DNA of 64,000 nucleotides from Vulcanimicrobiota bacterium (lineage in GTDB: Bacteria; Vulcanimicrobiota; Vulcanimicrobiia; Eremiobacterales; Eremiobacteraceae), in the NCBI GenBank assembly GCA_963805945.1, contig CAWDVP010000001.1:352001-416000 (forward strand), in the 5' to 3' direction. Numbering within the stretch: the stretch's first letter is position 1; each line of letters starts with the position of its first letter. The notes under the pieces are model-generated. The model was not told the origin of the DNA. It did not search any database and saw nothing but the letters and a program-made list of their open reading frames with translations. Made by a program: the position numbers and the translations under genes. Below are positions 1-9,846 of the stretch, in pieces.

Positions 1-93
1 CCACACCGCGAGCTTCGCGATCACGAGCACGGCGTTGGTGAGGAGCGGCAGACGCAGCGCGCGCAGGCGCACGTCGCCTGCCGCTGCGATCAC
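1..93 (-). CDS. Probable cation diffusion facilitator transporter, 5' end (runs off the window)
   Basis: GTG at 93, just after the secF stop; reads VIAAAGDVRLRALRLPLLTNAVLVIAKLAVW, matching the CDF first helix pattern N-x2-L-x3-K. Confidence 0.5.
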   Translation of the reverse strand, partial: MIAAAGDVRLRALRLPLLTNAVLVIAKLAVW

Positions 94-94
94 C

Positions 95-1333
95 TCAGCT
101 CTTGTCGTCGATGCTCGGGTCGGCGGGGGCGTCGCCTGCGGCGACTCCATCCTCTGTCTCCGTCAACACGCTGCCGGCGGCGGCCGGCTCAAAGGTGTCC
201 GTCGAGAGCCGTTTGCGGCGGTAGTGCGGCGGCGGCGGCGCAGGGCGTTTCTGTTTCGGCGCGATCCGTCGTGCCGCAGCGTTCTGAGCTGAGCCGTCGC
301 CTGAGGCCACCGCGGCTTCGGTCGCGACCGCGGCGGCGTGCGCTGAGGCGCGTTTGCGGATGTCGTAGTTCTTCCAGATGACGAGCAGCGGGCTCGCGAT
401 GAAGATCGACGAATACGCGCCGCTGATCACGCCGACGAGCAGGGCGAACGCGAAATTCTTGAGCGTGTCGCCGCCGAACAGCAGCAGCGCGACGAGCACG
501 ATGACCACGGTGACAAGCGTGTTGACCGAACGCGTCATCGTCTGCAGCAGCGACGTGTTCACCATCTTGTCGTACGGCACGTCGGGCATGAGCCGCGTGT
601 TCTCGCGGATCCGGTCGAAGATGACGATCGAGTCCATGACCGAGTAGCCGATGACCGTCAACAGCGCCGCAAGGAATGCGTCGTCCGCCTTTCGGTTCGC
701 GATGGCATAGATGCCGACCATGACGAGCACGTCGTGGATGAGCGCGATGTCGGCCACGATGCCGTAACGCAGCTGGTTGCCGAAGCGGAACGCGATGTAG
801 AGCAGCTGCAGCAACAGCGCGATGACGAGCGCGGCGAGCGAGCGGTTGAGGTACTCCTTGCTCAGCGACGGCCCGACCGAGGTTATCGCGCTCTGTCCGC
901 GATCGACCTTCAAGCCGGCGCGATCGAGCGCGTCGAACACGGGGCCAGGATCGCTGATCGACGACTGCGACGCGATGATCGCCCGTTCGTTCGGCGATTT
1001 ATCCTCAGGCTTGCTGGCGAGCTGGATGTTGGCCTCGCCGCGACGCAGCGGCTCGATCGCCGCGCGCAGCTCGGCGTTGCTCGCCTGCTGCTGCGCGGTG
1101 ATGCCCGGTTTGTCGGGAACCTCCACGTTACGCAGTGCGGCCTGGATCTGCGTCTCGCTCACCGATTGCGAGAACTTCACGTCGATGGCCGTGCCGCCGG
1201 TGAAAGACAGCCCGAGCGGCAGACCGTGGTGGATGAAGAGCGCGACGATGCCGGCGAGGATGACCGCGAGCGACAGCCCGAACCAGATGCGGCGCTGGCC
1301 GATGATGTCCCAGTTGAGATTGCGGAAGAACAT
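95..1333 (-). CDS. secF: Protein translocase subunit SecF
   Basis: GLSFTGGT, ALIHDV, GYSVMDSIVIFDRIREN and QTMTRSVNT motifs; follows secD. Confidence 0.97.
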   Translation of the reverse strand: MFFRNLNWDIIGQRRIWFGLSLAVILAGIVALFIHHGLPLGLSFTGGTAIDVKFSQSVSETQIQAALRNVEVPDKPGITAQQQASNAELRAAIEPLRRGEANIQLASKPEDKSPNERAIIASQSSISDPGPVFDALDRAGLKVDRGQSAITSVGPSLSKEYLNRSLAALVIALLLQLLYIAFRFGNQLRYGIVADIALIHDVLVMVGIYAIANRKADDAFLAALLTVIGYSVMDSIVIFDRIRENTRLMPDVPYDKMVNTSLLQTMTRSVNTLVTVVIVLVALLLFGGDTLKNFAFALLVGVISGAYSSIFIASPLLVIWKNYDIRKRASAHAAAVATEAAVASGDGSAQNAAARRIAPKQKRPAPPPPHYRRKRLSTDTFEPAAAGSVLTETEDGVAAGDAPADPSIDDKS

Positions 1334-1341
1334 CTCTCGCC

Positions 1342-2637
1342 CTATGCCCCGTACGCCGCAGGCGCGGTGGCGACGTCGTTATCCACAACCACGTCGACGA
1401 AGGCGCGCGTTATGTACACGGCGGTGAACAGCGAGAAGATGGTGCCCCACAGCAGCGTGAAGGCGAAGCCCTTCACGGTGCCGGTGCCTAGCCAGTACAA
1501 TACGAGCGCGCCGACGATGGTGGTCACGTGGGAGTCGAACACCGTCCAGAACGCGCGCTTGAAGCCGACGCTCACCGCGGCGCGCGTCGTGCGGCCGGCC
1601 CACAGCTCTTCTTTTATGCGTTCGAAGATGAGCACGTTGGCGTCGACGGCCATACCGATAGAGAGCACGAAGCCTGCGATACCCGGCAGCGTCAGCACGA
1701 CGCCGAACGCAGCGATGTAGGCGAGCATCATGAAGCAGTACACGACGAGCGCGATGTCCGCGAGGAAGCCGGGCAGCCGGTAGACGGCGAGCATGAACAG
1801 CAACACGATGCCGAGGCCGACGAGCCCGGCGACGAGCGATTTCTCGAGGTCGATCTGCCCGAGGGTCGGTCCCACGTTCTCAGTCTCGATGATCTTCGTC
1901 GGCACTTTGAGCGCGCCGGCGCTGAGCTCGTTGGCAAGCGTGACGGCTTCTTGCTCAGTGAAGTTGCCGGTGATCTGGCCGTTTGCGCTGATTGCGGACT
2001 GGATGGTCGGACCGGAGACGAAATGCTTGTCGAGGAAGATCGGCAGCGGCTTGCCGACGTTCTTGCTGGTCCAGTCGTAGAACTTCTTGGCGCCGGCCGA
2101 GTTCAAGGTGAAGTCGACGACGTGTCCGCCGACCTGGCCTGCGCCAGCGGTAGCGCTCGACATATCCGCGCCGGTGATGATCGGCAGTTTCGAATCCTTG
2201 TATGCGCCGCTCTCCGCGTATGCCTTGTCGGTGGTGCTCGTCAGCGAGGCGTAGGCGCGCGCGTTCTGCTCGGGGGTGAGCGGGCGCATCTCGAGCACCG
2301 CCGCCTGGCGGATGAGCGTGATCGCCTGCTCCGGATCTCTCAGGCCGGGCATCTCGATATTGATGCGGTTGCTGCCGACCTTCTCGAAGGTGAGTTCGCT
2401 GACGCCGAGACCGCCGAGCCGCGTCTGCAAGACGAGCAGTTCTTGGTTGACGATGTCCGGCGTGATCTTCGGCACGGTATCGGTGGGCTCGAGCTCGACG
2501 AGCGCGCGCAGACCGCCCTGCAGGTCGAGGCCGAGCTTGATCTTCTGCTGCACCGGCGTGAACGCGAAATAGCAGCCCACGCACACGAGCAGGATAATGG
2601 CAAGCTTGATCGGGTTCTTCCAGCGAAACCAGAGCAT
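1342..2637 (-). CDS. secD: Protein translocase subunit SecD
   Basis: KLGLDLQGG, LTLPGIAG, GMAVDANVLIFERIKEE and VKGFA motifs. Confidence 0.97.
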   Translation of the reverse strand: MLWFRWKNPIKLAIILLVCVGCYFAFTPVQQKIKLGLDLQGGLRALVELEPTDTVPKITPDIVNQELLVLQTRLGGLGVSELTFEKVGSNRINIEMPGLRDPEQAITLIRQAAVLEMRPLTPEQNARAYASLTSTTDKAYAESGAYKDSKLPIITGADMSSATAGAGQVGGHVVDFTLNSAGAKKFYDWTSKNVGKPLPIFLDKHFVSGPTIQSAISANGQITGNFTEQEAVTLANELSAGALKVPTKIIETENVGPTLGQIDLEKSLVAGLVGLGIVLLFMLAVYRLPGFLADIALVVYCFMMLAYIAAFGVVLTLPGIAGFVLSIGMAVDANVLIFERIKEELWAGRTTRAAVSVGFKRAFWTVFDSHVTTIVGALVLYWLGTGTVKGFAFTLLWGTIFSLFTAVYITRAFVDVVVDNDVATAPAAYGA

Positions 2638-2712
2638 TAAAAGAGGGGAGACCTTTCAACGGCAGATCGCGGCCTGAGACGGTTCGCCAGACGCCCACTC
2701 AACCCTGGCGAA

Positions 2713-4785
2713 CTACGGCGATGAGATTGTGGACCGCACCTCGACCGCGAACCCGGGCGCGATCTCGGCGAGACTGAGCACCGTCGCTCGCACCCCGCAC
2801 AGTTCGACAAATCTCGCAAGCGGGAGACGCAGGCTCGGCGCACATATGATGACCGCGCCAGGCACATCGCGCGTCGTCTCCGCGAGGCGCCCCGCGAATG
2901 CTCGCGCAACGTCGGGCTCGAGCGCGAGCGCGACACCCCGTTCGCTGATGGCGAGCGCTGAGGCGAGGCGTTCTTCCGTTTCCGTCGATAGCGCAGCGGC
3001 CACGATCACCCCGGACGGTGATGCCAGCCCGGCGCAGATCGCAGGCGCCAGCCGCCGGCGTGCCGCTTCGCCGATGGCTGCGGCATCCTTTGTATGCTCG
3101 GCTTCGTCTGCGATCGTCTCCAACACCGCGACGAGATCCCGGATCGAGACCCGTTCTCGCACCAAATGCTGCAGCACGCGTTGGATGAGGCCGAGTCCCA
3201 CGAGTTCAGGCACGACGCCTTTGATCACCGCTGGATTGGTGCGGCGTACGTGGTCGAGCAGCCATTGCACCTCCTGCCGACCGAGCAACGCCGCGGCGTG
3301 CTCGCGCGCGACGACGCCGAGCATGCTGGTGAGCACGGCGATAGGGTCGACCACGATGGCCGAATCATCGGGCCGAGTCGAAGTTCTGTCTGCCACACCT
3401 CGTCCGTCCGCTGAACCGCTGTCGGCGAGCCATTTCGCCGACAGACCGGTGACCGGGTCTGACGTCGCGTCGCCACGCAGGCGCGATAACGCCGCGGGCG
3501 CGCCGATCGCGAGCGCTCGGTCCGGGTGGAGGTGGTCGCGCGCGACAACACGATCGCGGACCCGGATCGCAAAGGCTCTGCTGGGAAGACGGAGGTCATC
3601 GCGGATGTGGACGCCCGGCAACACGACGCCTAACTCGAGCGCGAGCGCTTGACGAAGCGCCCCTATGCGCTGCAGCAACACGCTTCCAGCGGGCTCGTCG
3701 AGCAGCGGCAGCAGCGCCTCCCCGACGTCGATGCCGAGCTGCTCGACGCCGAGGAGCGCAACAGCGCCTTCGGGTTTGGCGGAGTCGGCACGTTTGCGCT
3801 GCCGTTCGCGAGCGTCCGCGGCATCTCGCCGTTGGGCATTCGTTCGCTCTGCAGCACCACTCCCCACAAGCCCGAGCACTCCCAGCACCCCGAATGCCAC
3901 GTGCGGCAGCCCGGGCACGAGCGCGAGTGCGACCATCGCCGCACCGACGGTGCGCAGCGCAGCCGGGTGCGCGATGATCTGCTTGGTGAGGTCCGCTCCG
4001 AAACTCTCACCTGAGGAGGAGCGCGTGACCATGACACCCATCGCCGTCGACAGCATGAACGCGGGCATAGTGGTCGCCAGCGCATTGCCGATCGACAGCA
4101 CGGTGAAGGTCTGCGCGGCTCCAGCTGCATCCATATGGCGCGCGACCACACCGATGCCGATGCCGGCGACGATATTGATGGCGACGATGATGAGCGCTGC
4201 GATAGCGTCACCGCGGACGAACTTCCCCGCGCCGTCCATGGCGCCATAGAAATCGGCGTGTCCTTGGACTGCGGCGCGTTTCGCTTTCGCCTCCGCGGCA
4301 TCGATCATCCCCGCGTGCAGGTCGGCGTCGATCGCCATTTGTTTGCCAGGCATCGCGTCCAAAGTGAAGCGTGCTGCTACTTCAGCCACACGCTGTGCCC
4401 CGTTGGTGACGACGACCAGCTGCACGACGATGAGGATGACGAACATGAGCAGCCCGACGACGACGTTGCCGCGAGTGACGAAGTCGCCGAACGCCGGGAT
4501 GACCGCGCCCACGCCGCCCGCCTCCCCGCCCTGCGTCAGGATGAGGCGCGTCGCCGAGACGTCGAGCGCAAGGCGGAACAGCGTGGCGACCAACAGCAGC
4601 GCCGGGAATGCGCCGAAGTCCAGCGGTTCGGCGACCGAAAGCGCGACCACAAGGACGGCCGCCGCACCCATGATGTCAAGCGCGAGGAGTATGTCGAGCA
4701 GCCATGGGGGCAGCGGTACGACTAACATCGCGACGATCGCGAGCACTGCGGTGGCAAGAGCGGCGCCACTCGTCGGTCGCGGCAC
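2713..4785 (-). CDS. flhA: Flagellar export gate protein FlhA
   Basis: FHIPEP motif RVAEVAARFTLDAMPGKQMAIDADL and FYGAMDGAGKFVRGDA; likely GTG start at 4785. The longer tracked ORF includes part of frameshifted flhB. Confidence 0.93.
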   Translation of the reverse strand: MPRPTSGAALATAVLAIVAMLVVPLPPWLLDILLALDIMGAAAVLVVALSVAEPLDFGAFPALLLVATLFRLALDVSATRLILTQGGEAGGVGAVIPAFGDFVTRGNVVVGLLMFVILIVVQLVVVTNGAQRVAEVAARFTLDAMPGKQMAIDADLHAGMIDAAEAKAKRAAVQGHADFYGAMDGAGKFVRGDAIAALIIVAINIVAGIGIGVVARHMDAAGAAQTFTVLSIGNALATTMPAFMLSTAMGVMVTRSSSGESFGADLTKQIIAHPAALRTVGAAMVALALVPGLPHVAFGVLGVLGLVGSGAAERTNAQRRDAADARERQRKRADSAKPEGAVALLGVEQLGIDVGEALLPLLDEPAGSVLLQRIGALRQALALELGVVLPGVHIRDDLRLPSRAFAIRVRDRVVARDHLHPDRALAIGAPAALSRLRGDATSDPVTGLSAKWLADSGSADGRGVADRTSTRPDDSAIVVDPIAVLTSMLGVVAREHAAALLGRQEVQWLLDHVRRTNPAVIKGVVPELVGLGLIQRVLQHLVRERVSIRDLVAVLETIADEAEHTKDAAAIGEAARRRLAPAICAGLASPSGVIVAAALSTETEERLASALAISERGVALALEPDVARAFAGRLAETTRDVPGAVIICAPSLRLPLARFVELCGVRATVLSLAEIAPGFAVEVRSTISSP

Positions 4786-4790
4786 GGCCC

Positions 4791-5855
4791 CTAATCCGAT
4801 CCGCGCAGCATGCCGCGCGTTTGCAGCAGGAAGGCGAATATCGCCGCGACCGCGGCATAACAGTCCTCTGGAATAGGCTCGCCGAGCGCCGAACGCGCAT
4901 ACAGCGTGCGCGCGAGGTCCGGCGACTCGACGATCGGCACGTCGTGCGCTGCCGCGATCGCGCGTACGAGCCCGGCGGTAAGATCCGCACCGCGCGAGAC
5001 GACCGTCGGTACATCGATGTCCGGCGGCGCATAGCGCAGCGCGATCGCCACGTGTGTCGGATTGACCACCACCGCCGTCGCGTTGGCGATCGCCGAAAAC
5101 TTGGACGTTGCGCACTCTTTGCGCGCCCTGGCGCCGCCGGTGCGCCTTTATTTCTGGGCGACCCTCAGCCTCGGTGCGCTCTTCGCGCACCTCGCGTGGC
5201 GTCATTCGCGAAGCGAACATCCCACGCCGGCGAACGCGCAATGCGTCGCAAGCGGCGAGCACGGCAAGCGCAAGCGCGATGCGCCACCAGAAGCCGTGCA
5301 TCGCGTCGCCGATTGCCGCCGCTTCGATGGCGGAGCCGGACCGGCCACCGCTAGCACGATGATCGCTTGTGCCGCGGGCAGTGCGCACGAAAGCACCATG
5401 ATGACGGCGAGAAGCGCCATCGCCGCGTGTGCCGCGCCGTCGACGCTCGCGAGCTGACGCGCGCCCGCTGTCCACGAAAGGCGATCAAAACGCGGTCGCA
5501 GCGCCATCGCTGCGAAGCCGAGCGCTCCTCCGGCGGCGGATGCCCCGAGCGCGGCGATGCATGCCACCAGGGCAGCGCTCCCGACGATCCACCAGCCGTT
5601 CGCCCATTCGAGCCAACGCATGGTCACAGCTCCGATCGTGATGCCATGTGGGTCGCGGGCCGCCCAGGTGGCGGCAGCGCGCCACATCGCGATCCAACTC
5701 GGGGCCGAGGCGCGCGCGACAGTGGCGGGTACGACGGCGAGACCAAGCGCGAGCCAGCTTGCGAAGGTAGCGCTCTGGGGCCAGCGCCCTTCGGCCTTGA
5801 CGCGGTCGAGGCGGCGTGGGGTCGGTTGCTCGGTGCGCTCCTGCGCGCCGCTCAC
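4791..5855 (-). CDS. flhB: Flagellar export protein FlhB (two compensating frameshifts, near 5337 and 5097)
   Basis: N-terminal ERTEQPTPRRL, middle MTPREVREERTEAEGRPEIK and C-terminal VVNPTHVAIALRY (NPTH autocleavage motif) lie in different frames. Confidence 0.88.
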
Positions 5856-6568
5856 GCAGCGTGCGCGGCTCGAGCGGCGGCTGCCGCGATACGGACCAAC
5901 GCGACGAGCGTGGCAGGAATGCCTACGACAACCGCGATCAGGCCGAGCACCGAGCCGAGCGGCTGCGCGAGCAGCATGCCATTGATCCGCGGCGCCATGC
6001 GTGCGACGACGCCCGCGATGAGCACGGCAAGCATCTGTGCTGCGAGCAGCGGGAGTGACAGTCCCAGTGCGCAGGCGAAGAGCGTTCCTCCAAGATGCGT
6101 GACGCCGGCGCTTGCGACATGAACGGACGCTGCGCTGAGCGCGGCCAGGAATCCAGCGACCGCAAACGTCATCGCACCGGTGCCGGAGAAGACGAGCGCG
6201 AACGCCAGCGGCAGCAGGGTTGCGAATGGCCCCGCGCTGCGACCGAAAACCCGATCGAATCCGGCGGGCGGAGCCGCAAGAGCACCATCGATCAGCGCAC
6301 CTGCGGACGATACGCTGCCGGCGACGATTGAAGCGCTCAGTCCCGCGCTCGCACCGAAGGCCGCCGCGACCACGACCTGCCATATCGCTTCAAGAGGCGA
6401 CGCAATCACCGTGACGTGAGCCGCCGCGAGCGGCGTGACCGAAAGCGCGAGCCCGGCGCGGACGAAGGACGGCACCGCTCTCGAGCCCGCGAGCGGCACG
6501 GTCGCGGCGAGCGCCGCGGAACCTGCAAGCGCCACCGCATAGGGCGCACCGGTGAAAGCGTCTACCAT
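5852..6568 (-). CDS. fliR: Flagellar export protein FliR (divergent)
   Basis: Hydrophobic, 238 aa, GVVARMAPRIN (cf. G-L-x-R-x-x-P-Q-x-N); lies between fliQ and flhB. Confidence 0.8.
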   Translation of the reverse strand: MVDAFTGAPYAVALAGSAALAATVPLAGSRAVPSFVRAGLALSVTPLAAAHVTVIASPLEAIWQVVVAAAFGASAGLSASIVAGSVSSAGALIDGALAAPPAGFDRVFGRSAGPFATLLPLAFALVFSGTGAMTFAVAGFLAALSAASVHVASAGVTHLGGTLFACALGLSLPLLAAQMLAVLIAGVVARMAPRINGMLLAQPLGSVLGLIAVVVGIPATLVALVRIAAAAARAAHAA

Positions 6569-6596
6569 TTGGTGAAACCCGAGCGGCGCTCGGGCA

Positions 6597-6875
6597 CTAC
6601 AGAACGCCCCGACCGAGCAGATGTAGCGATTCCTTGGCTGCGGTGGCGAAGAGCGCTTCGAGCAGTGCGAGTGCCGGAACGCCCGCGATGGCGACCAATG
6701 CCGCGACGACGACCAGTTTTGGAAGAAATGAAACGTTCTGATCCTGCACCTGGAAGATCGTCTGGATCACGCCGACGACGATCCCGGTCACCGCGACGGC
6801 CGCGACGATTGGCAGCGCGAGCAGCAGCGCGACATGCATGGCACCGGCCATGAGATGTGTCGCTGCGTGCAACAT
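6597..6875 (-). CDS. fliQ: Flagellar export protein FliQ
   Basis: GVIQTIFQVQDQNVSFLPKL matches the FliQ consensus Q-x-x-x-Q-x-Q-E/D-x-x-x-S-F-x-P-K. Confidence 0.92.
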   Translation of the reverse strand: MLHAATHLMAGAMHVALLLALPIVAAVAVTGIVVGVIQTIFQVQDQNVSFLPKLVVVAALVAIAGVPALALLEALFATAAKESLHLLGRGVL

Positions 6876-6881
6876 CTCAGG

Positions 6882-7536
6882 CTACCGGAACGACGACACC
6901 AGCGCCTGGCACACGGTCGTCCAGCCGTCGGCCGCGACGAAGACCAGGAGTTTGCAGGGCAGCGAGATCGATGCGGGCGAGACCATGAACATCCCGAGCG
7001 ACATCATCACCGTCGCCACGACGATATCGATCACAGCGAACGGCAGCATGAGCGCGAAGCCCATCGCAAATGCCGCCCGCAGTTCGCCGACCATGAATGC
7101 GGGGGCCACGACCGCCAGTGGTGGGTCACTTGTGCCCGGTCGTTCTGCTCAAGCGAGCGAATGCGGCGACATCCGACGCGCGCGTTTGACGCAGCATGAA
7201 GTGCCTGAGGGCTTCGGAACCGCGGTCGAATGCCTGACCTTCGGAGATCCGGTGTGCAAGATACGGTGCGACCGCCTCAGCCCGCACATGCGCGAGCGTC
7301 GGAGCCATCACGATCCCGCTCAGCAGGATCGCGAGCGCGATCAGCACCGCGTTCGGCGGGAGCGACTGCGCGCCGAGCGCTGCGCGCAGCAGACCGAGCA
7401 CGACGACGATGCGCGTGAACGACGTCGCGGACACTGCCAACAACGGGATGAGGCTCAGGCCGAAGAGCACCACGAGCAGGTCAAGCGGCGATCCGCCTCG
7501 CGCCGATCCGTGCAACACATGCGATAGCTCACTCAC
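6882..7536 (-). CDS. fliP: Flagellar export protein FliP (one frameshift near 7130)
   Basis: TSFTRIVVVLGLLRAALG..PPN in the 5' frame; PAF..ELRAAF..LPFAVIDIVVATVMMSLGM..SLPCKLLVFVAADGW in the 3' frame. Confidence 0.9.
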
Positions 7537-7808
7537 TGCCGTCCTCCGATGCCGACACGCGCGCCCTTATCTGGTTGATCTCCACGGCCAAGGTTCCGTC
7601 GTCGAGTTCGACGATGTCGCCGGTGGCGACCGCGACGCCGTTGACGAGGAGGTCCACCGGCGAGTCGGCGCGGACGTCGAGCGGCACGATGGTCCCTTCC
7701 GCGAAGGCGAGCACGTCACCGACCCGGCAGCGCGCGGCGCCTCAGCGCGACTGAGACCGACACCTCGACATCGCCGAGGGCGGCGAGCGTGAGTATCCCG
7801 CCGCTCAT
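7529..7808 (-). CDS. fliN: Flagellar C-ring protein FliN (SpoA domain; frameshift near 7744)
   Basis: ATG at 7808 gives MSGILTLAALGDVEVSVSVAL; removing one base joins it to GAARCRVGDVLAFAEGTIVPLD..PVDLLVNGVAVATGDIVEL. Confidence 0.8.
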
Positions 7809-8578
7809 CGCGAGCGTAGCATCGCGCTGCCAGTGAGGCGGATGGCGCGCGATCCGTTCGCACTACCGACGACGCCGTACATGACTGGCCCTCGCTCCAT
7901 CACGAGTTCTGCAGCGAGCTCGCCGGCGGGCAGTGCGAGCGCGGTTCCGATCGACCAAGCCGACAGCGCTGTCAGCGAGCTGCGCACCGCGAAAAGGCGC
8001 GCCGAGAGCAGCAGGGGTACATCGTCGAGCGGTGGCTGGCCGCTCGGCACTCTTGGGATGATCGCTGCGGCGCGGGTGAACAGTTGCAATAACGCCACTC
8101 CTCGCCCCCCGGCGGTGAGGTCGATGTTGCATCGCCACATCCCGGCCGGCGGCGCCTCTAAGGAAGCATCGACCCAGCGGTTCACGGGCGATGAGGAGAG
8201 CAATCGGTCGATGCACTCGGCCACGATGGTGCGCTCCATGGCGGTCGGTGTCGCCGCTCCCGGCCCTGCCAAAACGAACTCAAGCAATCCGCGTTGCGCG
8301 TCAGCGGAAAGCGCACACCAGAACGACCGGTTGCCGGACTCGCTGTGCCAGACGCGATTCGAGGGAACTGCCGAGTAATCGCCGCGAGCCGGCGGGCCGT
8401 ATGCCGATTGCGCGCCTCCACGGAACACGCTTTCTGCGCGAATGCCGATACCTCGCGCGATTTCTTCCAGAAAGTGCGGCCCGTCATCGTCAGGCTCGGG
8501 CGCGAGCTCGCGCGGCCCTCGCCACGTTGCCCTGCGCAAACGACGTGTGGCCCGCTGCTGCGACCAAGCCGCATTCAT
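7805..8578 (-). CDS. Highly divergent FliM-like protein
   Basis: Directly upstream of fliN; PTAMERTIV (cf. FliM T-x-x-E) and a SpoA-like C-terminus LDDVPLLLSARL..GVVGSANGSRAIRL. Confidence 0.55.
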   Translation of the reverse strand: MNAAWSQQRATRRLRRATWRGPRELAPEPDDDGPHFLEEIARGIGIRAESVFRGGAQSAYGPPARGDYSAVPSNRVWHSESGNRSFWCALSADAQRGLLEFVLAGPGAATPTAMERTIVAECIDRLLSSSPVNRWVDASLEAPPAGMWRCNIDLTAGGRGVALLQLFTRAAAIIPRVPSGQPPLDDVPLLLSARLFAVRSSLTALSAWSIGTALALPAGELAAELVMERGPVMYGVVGSANGSRAIRLTGSAMLRSR

Positions 8579-9324
8579 CGCACGAGGCCGAGCGCGGTAC
8601 GAGTGCATGCGTCCGATGCGCCTGCCAGCGCCGTCGCGAGCTCGCCCTTGCGGCGCAGCACCCATAGGGTGTTGAGGTCCGCTTGGATGTCAACCGCGCC
8701 TGCGGCGAGGGAGTGCGCGCGCAACAGCCCCGTCCCCTTTTCGCCCGGTCGCATCAGCAATGGAATGCCGGCCGCTCGCGTTGCCACGAGGCTCGTCTCG
8801 TCGACGCGGGCAAGCCGCTCAGGCACCGGAAATACGGCGAGGGCGAGTCGCGCAAGCGGCACCGCTTCCTCGCGTCGGCGTTTGCTTCTCCCATCGACGC
8901 GGTGGATCACGCCGCTCAACACTCCGTTCTCGTCGAATCGATACGAATCGAAGCGATGCGCCGCGATGTCCGCCGCATCCACGGCGATCGGCGCAGCGGC
9001 CTGGGCGTCGCCGCTTCTGGTGGGGCGGAAACCGACCGCCTGTCGCCCAGCTCCATCGAGAAGTCGGCCTTGATCGTCGATGCGGAAATCGCCGAGCCTG
9101 CTGAACAGACGATGACCGTGGTCCTCGAACACGAAGAGCCCAGGTCCGTCCACTGCGACCGAGAGGGGCCCCGCGCTCGGCACGAAGCGACTTGCCCCGG
9201 TCCGCGAGCCTGCGTCGACGAGGGTATTTGCCGATCTTTCCGCTGCGTCGCCGGTCGCGCCCGTGACCATGGCCCGACGAAGGTCTTCGATCGTCGCGGT
9301 CACTTGCGAACTGATGTCTATCAT
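8575..9324 (-). CDS. Divergent flagellar hook/basal-body rod family protein (FlgE/F/G-like)
   Basis: GPLSVAVDGPGLF..FSRLGDFRIDDQGRLLDGAG matches the FlgE/F/G core; the C-terminal LExSNV motif is degenerate (LAAGAVD). Confidence 0.7.
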   Translation of the reverse strand: MIDISSQVTATIEDLRRAMVTGATGDAAERSANTLVDAGSRTGASRFVPSAGPLSVAVDGPGLFVFEDHGHRLFSRLGDFRIDDQGRLLDGAGRQAVGFRPTRSGDAQAAAPIAVDAADIAAHRFDSYRFDENGVLSGVIHRVDGRSKRRREEAVPLARLALAVFPVPERLARVDETSLVATRAAGIPLLMRPGEKGTGLLRAHSLAAGAVDIQADLNTLWVLRRKGELATALAGASDACTRTALGLVR

Positions 9325-9797
9325 TCTGGGACGCCGCGCGGTCGAAGCGCTACCGTTGTCTTGCCTAGCCAGATCACTCCACAGAGGATGGTATCGCCTG
9401 ACCTCGCCTCGAAACGAAGCGGTGGCGTCCGATTGCTCGCAGCGCGTACGGCTGCTGCCCGGCTATGGCTCTCCTTGGCGAATCGCGTATCTAATCGGGC
9501 GAGCGCCTCGCTTGAGCCGATGTGTCGATTGCCCGATCGCTTGCGCGCGGCTTGGACCTGCACGGCGGTCGGTTGTGGAAGTCGTGGCCAAGAATCGGCG
9601 GGCGACGACGCATGGTACGTGTCCCTTGCCGCCGACGTGCGTTTCTCCAGACTGCTTCTAAATGAAGCACCACGATCGGAAATCCCAAGAGCAGAGCGCT
9701 CGCCGAGGCTCAGCGATTCAGCGAGACGATAGCCGCTTTCTGAGAGGAACCGCCGTTCGCCCTCACCGGGCGTTGCGACGCTTGTGCGTGGCACCAT
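9321..9797 (-). CDS. Hypothetical protein at the head of the flagellar cluster
   Basis: ORF overlaps the next start by 4 bp; no recognisable motif. Confidence 0.3.
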   Translation of the reverse strand: MVPRTSVATPGEGERRFLSESGYRLAESLSLGERSALGISDRGASFRSSLEKRTSAARDTYHASSPADSWPRLPQPTAVQVQAARKRSGNRHIGSSEALARLDTRFAKESHSRAAAVRAASNRTPPLRFEARSGDTILCGVIWLGKTTVALRPRGVPE

Positions 9798-9846
9798 AGG
9801 TGCGCCATGGTAGCCGTCGCCGGTTGCCGGTTTGTGAACACGAGAT

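Noticed and set aside
2713..5475. 920-aa FlhB-FlhA fusion
   Set aside because: Artefact of the flhB frameshifts; flhB has its own stop at 4791 and flhA a plausible GTG at 4785.
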